Source: Hypanus sabinus (lineage: Eukaryota). Taken from it: a DNA stretch of 64,000 nucleotides. The position numbers and the translations under genes were made by a program. Shown piece after piece: positions 13,276 through 26,710 of this stretch. The stretch's first letter is position 1; each line of letters begins with the position of its first letter. Under the pieces are notes generated by a model. That model did not search any database and was not told where the DNA came from. It worked only from the letters and a program-made list of their open reading frames with translations. The stretch is taken from assembly GCF_030144855.1 (NCBI RefSeq), contig NC_082708.1:46314001-46378000 (forward strand), given 5' to 3'.

Positions 13276-16124
13276 AATAAATTTTATATTTGTATTGTTT
13301 GACTGTTAGTTGCCAATTACCCCATGCCAGAATGTTGTCAGAGACAGTTTCATTCTGAGAAATTCTAATTGGAACTGAAGTCTGTTGCTGAAATTTCAGC
13401 AAATGTCCTCACATTTGACTTTATCTGTGATTTAAGATTAATGGTGAAATGGGCAAAGATGTTGGTTTGGGACACTATTCTGAGGAACTCTTAGGATGAC
13501 ATTCAGGAGTTGAGAAAATTGTTCTCCTGCAACCTTCACCTTTTTGTTCTCCAACCAAGGGCTTACCATCATGGTTGTCATTTTTAAAATTCCTGTCAGG
13601 GTTTTTCATGTCACATTGCCAACTGTTGTACTGTTTTATGTTAATAACAATCACTTTTGCCTCAAACTTGGAATTTGTGTCTCATGACATGCTCAGAGCA
13701 AGGCTATAATGCAGCATGCAGCTCAGTGATCATAACGAAACCCGAGATGAGTATCAGTCATCAAGTTTTGGTGGGAAATTGCCACTTGACCATATGCACC
13801 AAGATGCCTTCCGTCATCTTCGAGAGTGAATGGATGGGATGGTAATTGTTCAATGTCATTTGCCTTGCAACACTTAACTGGGAATTTTTCTGTATTGTTG
13901 GTTTTGTATATCCTTGTGACGGCGAAGGTGGCTACTCACCCACTGAGTTCACGCTCGTTCTCATTTCAATTGCATCTGTTCCAATCTCTCACTAATTTCT
14001 TATAGCATATTCTCTCTCACATGCCCATCAAGTCCTCTCTGGTTTATGTTGCTGTTGTGTGTATTTATTAATTGGCAATACCCAATTAACCCACCACTAA
14101 CCCCAGCTATAGATTCTCCCACAAGAAGCAGCTTCATTTTCACATCCACCCTATTCACACCCTTTATATTGTACTTCATATATAAATCCTTTCAGGCAAC
14201 CTGAGAATTTGAAATGACCAGAAAATCCTTGCTTGAGTTACTGTAATAGTGTCTTAGTAAGCATTCCATGGGAACTTTATCCACTCTGATGCAGAGGAAG
14301 CAAAAGAATAGAATAAAAGAGTATGGGGGGGGGGGGGTGCTTGTGCAGGAAGCACTTCTCAGGATATTACACCTTTCCAAGGAATTTGCAGGCCATTGTT
14401 ATATAATTCTGGGTATTTCCACCATTTTGTTTTAATTTTGAATTTCCAGCATCACTAATATTTTACTTTTTGCATTTTCATTTCAGAAAGTTCTACAGAA
14501 GTGCAATTGAGACCATGTTTTTGTAGTAAGCACTCTAAATTAAAAAAAATGTATACATAATTAGCTTGCACTTGTTAACTACAAAAACCCAAATGACCTG
14601 AGACAAGGATTTTATTTGCTGAAACTTGCCATGTTACATGAAACTAATGGTGGGAGCTGCAATGTCTAAAGAAACGTTATCAACCTGAAACAATTACAAG
14701 TTTTTGCCTCCATTGATGTCTGACCAGTTGGCTATGATTAGAATTTTATTGTTGTAACTCCAAATTCAGTTCTATTAAATTCCTTACAGTATTATAAAAT
14801 ACCACGTACTCTACTATAAGCTGCTCTTTGATACTCTGTTTGGATTCTGTTAGGATCACTTGGCTCCAAGCCTCTGTTCAGACAAGGGTAAAAGAGCTAA
14901 ATTCCAGGGTGAGGAAGAGTGAATTGCTCTGAATGTCACAGAGCCTTGGTAAAGTCTGCAGCCATTGGGATATAACCACTGAGGCAATGAATCCAGTTGA
15001 CAGGGAGAAGGAGAATCTATTCAGCATACTGTATTACAAGATGGTTAACTGCCCTGGAGGTTGGCTAAGATTTGTATGCACTGTGTTCATGATCATTTTT
15101 CTGGCACAGAGAAGGCTTTGTATGTTAGACGATTAACTTTAACATTGGTAAGCCATGTGCAAATTATGAGAATAGTTCACCGAAATACTTTCCAAATACC
15201 AAGAGAACTGACCCCAGGATAACTCCTATGTGTGGCTTTTCTTTATAGATGATGCAAGTTTATTAGAAGACTGAAAAGCCGTCTTAACTGTATGTGTAGC
15301 TTACTGAGTCTGAACTACAGCCCCAAGGTGATTAGCAATTTGCTTAAAAAATGAACTTGGTAGTTTTATTCATGACAAAGTGATGTGTTGTACTTGGCTA
15401 AACTTTAGTAAAGTCTGCCAGAATAGAGTTTTTGCAGAAATATATTTGTAATAACCTACATTCTTAAATTATAGTGGAAAAGAACGTGGGTGGTAATTGT
15501 GGGTTGCTTGGTAACCTGGTGTTTTTCTATGAATCAATATTTTCCCTAGTAAAACTGGGGAGTCTGTCTAGATAAAATCATGGGAGAATAATTTGTGATA
15601 ATGTATGTAGGACCAGCTTTTCTTCTTTGGAACTTGCTGTATGAGGGCCTTGAATACCTGATGTGTGTTTCTGGAGCATTTGTTAACATGTTCACTGTAG
15701 GAATAATATCATGGTATCCCCTGTGTCATCTCCAGGATTTCTACATGCCATATTACCAAGAATAAGTGGACATTAAAGGCTGAGAAATGAAGTAAGGAAA
15801 ATAACATGAATCACTAATGAAGAACAGTGGTGTTTTTGGTCGACCCGAAGTATCCAGAAGCTAGTCATCGGTTCAGTTCTGCAATAGCACATAATTTCCT
15901 TTTCTACTCCAGGGCACCTGCCATATTGGCATTATCTCTCTTGGTTGGAGATTAGCATATGTGTGTGTGGGGGGGAGGAAAATGAAGTTAAACCTAAAAA
16001 TTAGATTCCCAGAATAATATATTGTGAATGTCTTATTACAGAAATAGGTAAAATGCATACTTTTTTTTTTACCACTGGCACGTTAATTTGAAGACTCTGG
16101 GGAAAAACCTTCTTTAGTTTGCAT

Positions 16125-16862
16125 CCATGGTCCAGCTCAACATCAAATAGTTGCAACAGTGGCAAGTCAACGAAAACCTTGCACTCAACATCAGCAAAGT
16201 CAAGGAATTGATTATGACCTTCAGAAAGCTGGGAGAAGACACACCAGTCTTTGTTGATGGGTCAGCAGTGGAAAGGGTGAGCTGCTTTAAGTTCCTGGAT
16301 GTCAATATCTCAGGACCTGTCCTGGGCCCAACACATTGATGCATTCACAAAGAAGGCATACCAGCGACTCTACTTTGTTAACAGTTTGGGGAGATTTGGT
16401 ACTTTTGCAAATTTCTATAGATGTACTGTGGAGAGCATTCTAACTGGTTGCATCACCGTCTGCTCTGGAGGCTCCAATATACAGGATTGCAAGAGGCTGC
16501 AGAGGGTTGTAGACTCAGCCAGCATAATCACAGGCACAACCTTCTGCAACATTGAGGACATCCTGAAGAGGCAGTAACCCTAAGAAAGTGATCTCCATCA
16601 TTAAGGACCCTCAACATTCAGCACATTCCTTTTTCCTCAATACTATCATCAGGAGCCTGAGGACCTATACTCAATGAGTCGAGAATAGCTTCTTGCCTTC
16701 TTATCATCAGATTTCTGAAAGGTCCCATGAACACTACCACAGTATTTCTTTTACTTTGCAATATTTATTTAGTTTTGTAATTTATAGTCACTTTATCTCT
16801 GTACTTTGCTGCTGCAAGCGACGAACTTCATGCCATATAATAAACCTGATTCTGATTCTGTT
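16125..16862 (+). mobile_element. Rex1/Babar-type LINE 3' fragment, frameshifted
   Basis: NLALNISKVKELI..FRK, VERVSCFKFL, KKAYQRLYF and FYRCTVESILTGCITV. Ends aataaacctgattctgattctg. Confidence 0.85.
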
Positions 16863-19394
16863 TTGGAAAGCTTGTGGTCAAACTTGAATATTAATTTTCC
16901 TGCGGTAATCTATTTCAGAACGCAATTAGAGTGAGACCATACTAATTATGTTCCTTAAATGGGAAGGAGTACTGTTTGGGGAGTTTGCATCATGCCTCTC
17001 AGAAAGAAAGAGGTGTCTATATATACAGCAACTGAGAAACACCCCAGCAGCGTAGGGCAAAGCTTGGAGAGGATGTATCTATCACCATGTGATTCCACAT
17101 TGGCTTCCTCCACCTTTTAAGAAAAATGTGCTGTGTAGCTTTGGTAGAATAATAATGCAGTAATATAGAATAATAATAGTTGAGTTACAACATGTCCTGT
17201 TGGTTTGTGCTGTGCTTAACAAACTGTAGGAAAAATTAAAGCTACCCTTATGTTTTTACTGTTAATATCATACTACTTCCTCATCTGAAACCAGTTAAAA
17301 GGACTTTTTACAATTTAAAGATTTGTACTTACCTGATGCCTTGGTAAACACCCAAGTTTTTGTTAGTGAAATTCCTTTGAATTTGTTCATTTTCAGCAAT
17401 CCTCATCTATGTCCTCTGGTAATATTGTTCTGAAGGGTGACATGTAGCCGTAAATAGTAATAGACTCCATTTGCCTTTCTTTATTAAATGATTAATAACT
17501 ACCCTGGCTCAAAAGAAATACATGTTAAGAAATCCTGATCCACAGTTGACTTATGTGATTTACGTGGGAATTTAAGAACACTTGAAGAAGCTTTTTAAAG
17601 GACTGTAGTAGTGTCTGCAACGTGTAGAAGTTGTGGTAACTTAAGTGGAGAGATGGTTAGACTCTTGCCAGGTCTCAAGTTGCTTGATAATCACGGGGCC
17701 AAGATTGTTTGCAGGAAATCTTCTCTTTCTGATGACTTACCTGAAATTAATTTGGTCAGTTTCAGAATAGCAAAAATTAACACTAAATTGGAGCATCATT
17801 TTCTCTCAGTGAGGTCAAAGGTGGCTGATATTAGAAAAGGAAAACATTATATTTGTATCATAGGGGCTTTTTGCTTTCCCAGGACCACCAGAAATACAAA
17901 GTAAGTATTGATTCACAAACAAAAATCATAGAACTTAAAGAATTTGCCAGGTTTTGCTTCAGTTGCCTGTAACCCTGCCATCCTGGTTTGCAGATCTTCT
18001 CGTGATTTTGGTTATTGCAAGAAGCATGATGGTCTGCAGCCAGAATATGGCACCTGAAGGGGTCAGCTAGAAGATGAATTTCTTAACTCTACACTCAACT
18101 TTGTTGATTATAACAAACTAGATATCTGACCTCTGATAATACCCTAGTTTTAGAAGGGATAAATTTCTAAATTGCATTTGGGAGATAATAAAAGCAAATC
18201 AAAATAATGTTCTGGAGAAATAAACAGAAAAGGCAATGAAATTCACTGTTTGTAACAACACAATGGTTCTAATGTTGCAGTGCTCCGGGAAGGCAGAAAG
18301 TTTCCTATGAAAGAAGAGCAGTTTTAGAACTAACTCCTTTGGTGACATAATGTCTCCCATGAATGTAGATTATCCATTATCTCATTTTCAATCCTGTATA
18401 CTTTCAAGTCCGTGCTAGTACTGATGAAACTTGACTATCACGTTCATATCATTAATCTGACAAGTACTGAATTTTTAAAAATTTTTGGTGAAGATCTGTA
18501 TTCCTTCTGCTGTTTCTGCAAGGCTTTTGTGTCTGCCTGATAGACTTGAGATTTTTAATCCAACCTGAATGGACCTCCTCCATGTTGGTCATGGTCTATT
18601 GATTCCCAGGAGTCAGTGGAGATCTTGCACCTTTTTGAGGTGGTTTTGAGCACATCTTTGAATATTTTTCTTTATCTGCCTGGTTCTCTGTTTGCAGTTT
18701 TAAAACTATTTTTGAGACTTGAGTCTGTTGTTGGTAAACGCCATGTCCTCCCAATGGACCCAACTAACTGAGTACATGTGGGGTATCAATACTGAAGGTG
18801 TTGGTCTGGCAGAGGACACTGACATTGAGTAGCTTCTCCTTCCTGTGGATTTGAAGGATTTTGCAGACCACTATGGTAATGTTCCAACAGTGTCGTGAAG
18901 TGTCTGGGAAACCAACAGAGATCACTGCTATTGCGTAGGTTGTGCACTTCGGACTGGGTGTGAGTGCTTCGTCTTTGAAAACACTTTTTCTCAATTGGCC
19001 ATACACTATACTTGTGAATTAAAAGTGTGAGTGAATTTCATCACTGACATCATTTTCTCCCTCAAGAAGTGGCTCCCAAAAATTATGTGATCCAAGTTTT
19101 CTAAAACCTTGAAAAAAGCCTTTGTTGTCAGATGAGGTGGTGTACAGCAGGGACAGAGTCAAACAACTGTCTTGTAGATATTGAGTGCAAGGCACATCCT
19201 CTGACATCTTTTAAAATATCAAAATAAATTTTATTCAGAATAAAAATGATTTACAAGAATAAACCATGAAATCTCTGTTTCATTCTTACATTCATTGTCA
19301 ATGTCTTCATTTCTGTTTTATTGTATTCTTTAAAACCAATAGGACTGTTGCAACTCTAACCGTCTCATATGGTGCGCTACTACAAGAGAAGGGC

Positions 19395-19675
19395 TCCACG
19401 GTAGCATCGTGGTTAGCATGATGCTATTACATCTCAGGGCACTGGAGTTCAATTCCAGCATCGTCTGTAAGGAGTCTCTGTGCGTCCTCCCCGTAGAATG
19501 TGTGGGTTTTTCCGCGTGCTCCAGTTTCCTCCTGCAGTCCACCTACAGTGTAGGGTAATTGGTCATTGTAAATTGTCTTGTGATGAGGTTAAGGTTAAAT
19601 CAGGGTTGTCAGGGATTGTTGGGATGGGAGGCTCAAAGGGCCAGTAGGGCCTACTCCGGACTGTATCACTAAATA
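19395..19675 (+). mobile_element. tRNA-derived V-SINE (HE1-like)
   Basis: A-box-like GGTAGCATCGTGG, B-box GGAGTTCAATTCC, V-domain core and a CR1-like tail. Confidence 0.8.
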
Positions 19676-20363
19676 ATTGAGGGACTTCCTCACCCAACCT
19701 GCACTGCACCCCTCTCCAGTAGCAGAAGAGTCATACACTGTGGTTCCTATCCTTTTAACTGTTTCAACAAATGAATCAAAAATAGCTGGGAGCTTAGCAC
19801 TCTACAGCTTAACAGGTAAGGTTGTGGTGACCTTGATTCTGGAATGTAGTCATCATGGGTTAAATATTCTATTTCCAATTAGTTCTAATGATCTTCACTC
19901 CCATGGGAGGTTTGTTGGCTGCCATATTGTGAGAAATATTGAAAGAAGTGTTGGGGCAGTAATGCAGACTTGTTTGATTCCGTACTGAGGTTGTCTCTGT
20001 CATAAATTCATTGGATACACTCAAGGCTTGCACCCCATCACAAATCATACGTTACATAAAGGTGAATTTCTGTTCACAGCTGAATTTGAGGAGAGTGCTC
20101 TTCAGTCCCTTGGAGCTGATGGAGTCAAAGGCTTTTGTAACATCAAAAACCAACCCTGTTCCTTGCATTTCATTTGAAGTGATGACAATGGAGACAAAAG
20201 AGACAGCAGATGCCGGAATCTGGAGGAACAGCAGGTCAAGCAGCAATGAGGGGGAACTAATAGTCAATTTCTCCCACCCCCTCCCCTCACACAGATGCTG
20301 TATCACCCACTGATAGATTATTTGTTCCAGCTGATGAAAATTATATCTACTTTGCCTTCAGAT

Positions 20364-20429
20364 CAGGGTTCCTAACCTGAGGTCCAAGGACTCCTCGGCT
20401 CCAAGGCATAAAAAGGTTGGGACACCCTG
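20364..20429. mobile_element. 66-bp hAT/Charlie-type MITE
   Basis: Inverted termini CAGGGTTCCTAACCT ... AGGTTGGGACACCCTG. Imperfect 8-bp flanks cttcagat/ccctagat. Confidence 0.6.
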
Positions 20430-23179
20430 CCCTAGATGATGGAATCCACAAAGCAAGTTGGAAACTTTTCTTCCGATACTAAGAGCAAGCTGCTTATGAA
20501 GGCCATCAACGGTTTTTTCTGTAGACGATTGAAGGAAGACCCCTTGAGGTTTCCATAGTCACATCAGTCTCCTTTCCTGAAGATGATCTTGTTTATAGCA
20601 TTCCTCTGGTGCCCCTACTATATCCTGCTCCTGCTTTGTGGACAATGAGATTGAAATTTGGTGAATGAAGCCATTCATCAACGTGTTTTAGAGCTTCAGT
20701 TAGGACATGGTGCACCAAGGCCCTGTTGATCTTTAGTTGGTTTGTGATCTTTTCAAATTGATGGACTTGACAACACTGAAAACCCATGTGTGTCATGCAT
20801 GTCAGTGAGTTGCAGGGCCTCTTGGATATTTCTGCCCACCACTTGACCTTTAGTTCATGGGTTTCAGCTGGGCCTATGCCTTGGGTGCGAAGTGATAGAG
20901 ATTCCAATCCAGTAACAACTTGTGTTTGTGCTTATTCCTTAATTTCTGGGTCATTCTCACTATACCATTCTTGGTAGAGAAGCCAAGAGTCTCTACATAG
21001 ACAATAATTATGGTGGACTTACTGGGTGTGGACACACTGTGGCTTTAGTTAGTTGGGAGTCAACAGGTTGTCTACGAGGTACTGCCTGAGAAGAGTTAAC
21101 TTCTGTGAGATCCTTGTGAGGTATGACATTGATGTTTCTTTTCAGTGGCAGCGTCTGCTTATGCTTGTAGTTTAGGGCTGTTGAGCAGGCAGCAGTTACC
21201 ATGACCGTCATGGTGTGGATGATATGGGCATCTTTGCTTTGACTTGTATGAACTAACAGGTGCCAGAACTTGAGCTGGTGGGGTAGGGGGCATGTTGCTT
21301 TGATATTTTATGACCCTCTGATAAAGCTGGATGTTGATTATAGCAAAATTGTACCTCATGGGTTTTGTCAGGACTCTATTAGAATGAGCCTTCTTGGCTT
21401 CTCCTTTGCCGGTCATTCCCTGTCAGAAGTTTCCTCCCTTTCCCACCCTGGCATTGATCTCACCCAGGAGGATCATACTGTGTTCCTTTCAAATGTGACT
21501 TGGATTTTTTTCAAGGTCTAAGTATGAGTTGTTAATCTTAACATGTTTGTTATGTCGTGGCAGGATTATAAGGCATTTTCTAATTTTGCCTTGGGAGTTG
21601 CTCAGGGACCAGACTCACTTATTCTTGATGGCAACATCCGTGCTGTGAAGGCAACGTTGTTCTTTTAGTTTACCCTTTCAGAAGGTATACCCATCTCCAA
21701 ACAGTGGGAGCAATATCAGTGTGGAAGTGTCTGAGTGCCCAGGCAATTATAGCTGAACGGTGTTCCGATCTATTGCTGTTGGATTTGTCCAGTCATAGGG
21801 CCTGAATCTTGATTTGTGCAATAGTTTCTTTTCACATGGAGCAGCCTTTGCATTTCAGCTATACACAATATAGCAGAACAGGAAGGAGCTAATCAATTTA
21901 AGGAGAGTATAGTACTTCCAATAATTGTTTATTAAGGGTTAATTTGTCATATTTTTATTCTATATTATATTCTCTTTAATTTCTAGGATACTGTGGGCAA
22001 ATTACAGGAATTTGCATGCATAATTCCACATTACTCAGTGACTTTTCAACTTGGTCTTGGAGATTGAACTGTAATCATAACAGAACCCATATTTAAGTAC
22101 ACATAAACTTTACCAGTGACAAATTGTTTCTGAATACTTAATTAGCTTCAAATATGAGATCAATGTAAATTTTGTTGTATACTTTGTAAAACACTCTTCA
22201 GAAAATATTACCATTACAAGAACACCATTTCTACTTTGAGTTTGCAGTATTCTGTTGCATGGAATAGTCACCAGTTTTTTGTAGCCATCACCTTACCCTT
22301 TCATCTCATCCTATTCTCTCACTTCGTCACAGTTACCCAAACATATGCACTGTCATTTGCAAGGTATAAATACTCTTATTGAAAGCACCGTTAAGAGGAG
22401 GTAGAGTTACAATTTTCCAAGCAGTGACTGCTAGATATTGACATGTGTAAAGATTGTGCATCTACAAACTTGTATGCTATCCATGAATTGTGGAATGGGA
22501 ACAGCTGAAACCTGTGACTCTTAACATTGCTGTTGTTTGCAGGTTATCATATTCTGGTAGATGATTGCACCTTGTATAACTGCTTACCTGTGGAGGCAGA
22601 AGTTCTGTCAGGTGGTGTCAAAACTGGCTTGCCAGAAAGATTACACATGCTTTTTATAGAAGTGCTGGAAGTTATTAAGCCACTCATTTGCAGTCTTATA
22701 ATTGCATTTGGTTTTCGTGATTGCCTCCAGGCATGCTCCTTGATAAATCAATTTGTCTAGTCTAGCTGTTATGTAGCCACCGAGTCCTAGGATGAGAAAA
22801 CTGTTGGTCAGCAGGACTTCTCCATCACTCATCCTCTGTCTTATACTCTGGATGCTCTTGATTGGGTATACGTCTGGCATAATTTCTGGCTCTTCCGCAC
22901 ACAGATGGGAGCACACGGGGAATACATTGGATATTATTTCTTCAGTTTCTAATGCAGACTTCCGATTCTTTAAAATAAATATTTGCTAAATGGAACTAAG
23001 TATGTTGACCAGTCACTTGTAAGCACAATAGGACAAAGAGCAACCTCCTGTATTTCTGTAACTTATTAAATTTGTTAAACTTTAGAAGTGGCGAAAAAAA
23101 ATGTTGAGGGAAAAGGGATTACAAATATAGAAAATAGGACTCTGCATCAATAATTGTTTTTATTATATATGGGAAAAAG

Positions 23180-23320
23180 GTACAGCTGATCTTTCGGCTG
23201 AAACCCTTCAGCAGTCCTGCCGAAGGGTCTCGGCCTGAAATGTCGACTGTACTTGTTTCCATAGATGCTGCCTGGCCTGCTGAGTTTCTTCAGCAGTGTG
23301 TGTGTGTGTGTGTGTGTGTA
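23180..23320. mobile_element. Penelope-like terminal-repeat fragment in inverted (fold-back) arrangement, followed by (GT)n
   Basis: gtacag...ttcggctgaaacccttcagcag/ctgccgaagggtctcggcctgaaa...ctgtac is self-complementary. Followed by the family motif atagatgctgcctggcctgctgagtt. Confidence 0.7.
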
Positions 23321-23740
23321 GATTTTCTGTTTTTCATTGTATATAGCTGAATCAAAAATATACTGATGAATGTGTGGTTTTTAAGAATAATTTGTAACAG
23401 GTGTGGAAGGTGCATTGGTGAAGCTTTTTTTCTCAATGCATTTATAATTGTTTCTCCTCCCTTCGGGTTTTAACACTTTGTTGTTATATATTTCTGTGAG
23501 CATAACACTTGCTACCATAGGTTATAAATAGTCACATTTTTGGCAGGAAAAAGAGCACCATCTAGTTCTGTCTTGAAGGGGAATTTACCCAAACCACAGA
23601 CTGAAAGATTGTAGCTGCCACAAGTGTTACAAACACGGCCACTTTGCTACGTTTATATCTCCTATGTATAACTATTATTTGTCAATTTGATCTAAAATTT
23701 ATGTTTTATTTATACTTTCTTAAATGGATTTTGTTTTTAG

Positions 23741-23873
23741 GAAATGGCAATCAGAGCTCTCAAGCAGACTGGTAGCAGAAGCATAGAAGCAGCTCTGGAC
23801 TACATAAGCAAGATGGGTTATCTGGACCCTAGGACTGAACAGATCGTACGAGTTATTAAGCAAACTTCACCAG
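23741..23873 (+). CDS. LATS2: LATS2 internal coding exon (133 nt, UBA-domain region)
   Basis: Acceptor ttttgtttttag|GAA and donor CCAG|gtaagc. Encodes EMAIRALKQTGSRSIEAALDYISKMGYLDPRTEQIVRVIKQTSP, matching the LATS2 N-terminal UBA region. No ORF for the preceding first coding exon is in the window. Confidence 0.96.
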
Positions 23874-26710
23874 GTAAGCCCAGAGCAACAATTCAGACCT
23901 GTGAATTTACCAGTGATTTGCTAAAGTCATAGTCATGTTTTTATAGTGATGAGTCCCAGGAGTGAGTTCCAGATTGTCACCACCTCTCAGTGGAAAAGAA
24001 CTGTTTTTCATTACCCTTCTGTTTGTGTGTGTGTGTGTGTGTGCGCGCGCACACGCGCCCCTCTGCTAAGGGAAAAAGATCATTCTTAAATATCTTTCTC
24101 AACCACTCATAATTTCTTTCAATAAGTCTCCTCTGTTCCAAAGAAAACAACGTCAGTGTCCTTAATCTTTCCTCAGCCAAATTTTTCCATTTCTGGCAAT
24201 TTCCAGTATTAAATCGTAATACTTCCTCTCTCTCCCATTGTTGTTGTATGCAATAATTCACACACTTCCTCCTTTAAGTATAAAAAAAAGCATTATCTCC
24301 CTCTTTTGGGAAGATGGATACAAAACATTCATTAAGAACCTTGTCCATGTAACCTCTCACTACACACAGGTTATTTTTTGACTGACTCAATCAAAATCAA
24401 GTTTGATATCACTGGCATATGTCGTGAAATTTGTTAATTTTATAGCAGCAGTGTAATGAAATATGTGATAAATATAGAGGAAAAAAACTGAATTACAGTG
24501 TGCATATATATGTCTATTAGATAATTAAGTAGTGCAAAAAAAAACAAAATTTTAAAAAAAGGTGGTGTCCATTTAGAAGTCAGATGACAGAGGGGAAGAA
24601 GTTGTTCCTGAATCCCCGAGCTGTTCCTGAACCAATGATGATTAAATATAACTACATTTTCAATAGTTTAACTTTTGGAGGTATATCTGCTAATTGTATC
24701 ATTACATGGATTCTCAGCATCTCTTTAATTTCTATAATAAAATGAGACTGAGTTATTGTGTAATAAGGTGTGATGGGAAAACCTTACGCTTGATTCCCAG
24801 TTTACGCTAAATTAGCCAAAGATAAACATGATTGGAGTCAGCACAGTCTACATTTATTAGATTAATTTCTAGGATGGGAGGTTTCTCCTCAGAAGGAAGG
24901 AGGAAAGGTTTGGCTTGGCACATGCAGGATCTCATTAAGACTTTTAAGATTCTGTGAAGGTTTTATTGGATAGATGCCAAAAAGCAATTTCCTTTTGCTG
25001 GAGAATCTAGAATTGGTTAGAGGAGGGGGAGGCCAGAAGGGTTAGCACAGTATTGGGGTAAGGGTGATTATTTAGGACTGAGAATCAAATAGTTTTTGCT
25101 GCAGAAGATTGTAGATCTGTAGAATTTTTCATTTCAGAATTGTGAAAGCTCTATCATGGAAAATGAGCTTCATAGACTTTTGGATGCAAAGAGAAATGGG
25201 GATTAGGCAGGAATGTATATGTCATAAGGTGAACCATGATTTTATTGAATAACAGGAAAGTCGTGAGAGGCCCTGTGGGCATTCCTATTTCAGTCTTCTT
25301 TGTTCTTAGATGTCTCTGGGGCAGAGATGGCTATTTGGATTTGGCCTCAAGGGAAATCGTCTTTAGTGACTAATTACAATAGCTGTCCAGCAATTTTGCT
25401 TAAATTGTTTTTGACCCGGAACAAGATGCTGCTTGCATGAGTTTGCCTCCCACAATTTGCTAATTCTTTTGCCAGAAGGAAATGCTACTGTGGAGCTGTA
25501 ACTTAAGAAGGTGTTGTTAGCCCAAGGGCAAGAATATCATAGTGTTTTATATATATATATTTTTCAATTTATGCAGCTGTGATGAACAAAGCGAAAATTT
25601 AGATATTAGCATATCAGTCTTCTAAGTTGCTCACAATGTTCCTTCCAGCAATTGAAATGAAAATTGTGATTGCCTTGTCTAGAAGTGTTCTTATAAAGCT
25701 CTGATATCCTGATGCTGAAGAGTTTAAAAACTTTGACAAAGTTTATACAAAGGCAGAATTTGCTACTGTTATAGATGACTTTCTCATATGATGAGAAATG
25801 TGATGTGTTGAAAAAATGCAGTTTATTTTGAAGAATCGTAAATTTCACTTAATTTTGCACAAGATTTCTTTGCCAATGTTTTCAGGCTTTTTGCTTCCCT
25901 GTCTTTTTGGTCTTAGGATAGTGTTTAAACACCTTGAATTAATGTATTCACAAATACAGAATCAGTAGCAATTATTGATCAGTAATCAAAATTTAAGTTC
26001 CTCCCAAGTTTTTAATTCCATATCATAAGAGCACTTAAATCAGTTACATCTACTGAGAAAATAAATGGGTTAGATCTTGGATGTTGTCTATTGTTTCATA
26101 TTCAGCTCCTCATTGAAAAGAAAATGCAGTGTTTGGGTGATTCACTGCTCCAGGTTTGTTGACTTACATTAGCTCTTGATAGGACATGATTTTAAAATCC
26201 TTCCCTGTATTTTTAGATCCCTATATGGCTCACTCTTCCCATCTTTGTAATCTCATGCAGCTCTGTAACCCTCAGATGCCACTGTTTCTGCATTGCTGCT
26301 TTCATGATCATTCATGAATTTAGCCGTTCCACCAATGGTGACTCCGTCGTCAATTCTGGAATTCTCCTTTCAAATCTCACTTCTTCTCTATTGGTCTTTT
26401 CACCTTTAGTGCAATTATTAAAACCTGCACCTTTCAATGAAGTGGTTGGTCATCTACCTCAAAGTCTGGTTGTAGATAGTCAAATTTTGTTAAAATATAT
26501 TTCCCTGAAATGCCTGCGAATGCTTTGCCACATAAATATTAGTTGCTGTGGTTAAATGGACTTGATAACCTTGGGTGTGTCCTTAATCCAGGAGGAATCT
26601 GGGATAGTGTAGAGTAAAATATGATTTTTAGCCATGTTTTAAATCATAATGTTCTGTGTTACTGCAGGAAACTCATTGTGATGGTAATATTATGATTTGT
26701 TTACTTTAAG

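Larger units (their letters stand above)
18500..21800 (-). mobile_element. Old fragmented RTE-clade LINE (endonuclease and RT remnants) carrying later insertions
   Basis: Minus-strand remnants in colinear order: ILLGEINARVG (APE domain, about 21440-21475), FDVTKAFDSISSKGL..LLKF.C (RT, about 20070-20150) and YGQLRKSVF...KILQIH (RT C-terminus, 18764-19006). Confidence 0.75.

Noticed and set aside
19395-19470. tRNA gene
   Set aside because: The A/B boxes run into a SINE core and LINE-like tail, and no cloverleaf is evident.
1-23740. TEAD (CATTCC/GGAATG) feedback enhancers in the LATS2 intron
   Set aside because: Scattered 6-mers occur at roughly chance frequency, with no cluster I can support without conservation or ChIP data.
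23744-23932. ORF-track start and stop coordinates as stand-alone genes (also 26770, 33494, 38118, 42060, 42681)
   Set aside because: These are exons read through into introns. Splice sites and phases join them into one LATS2 CDS.
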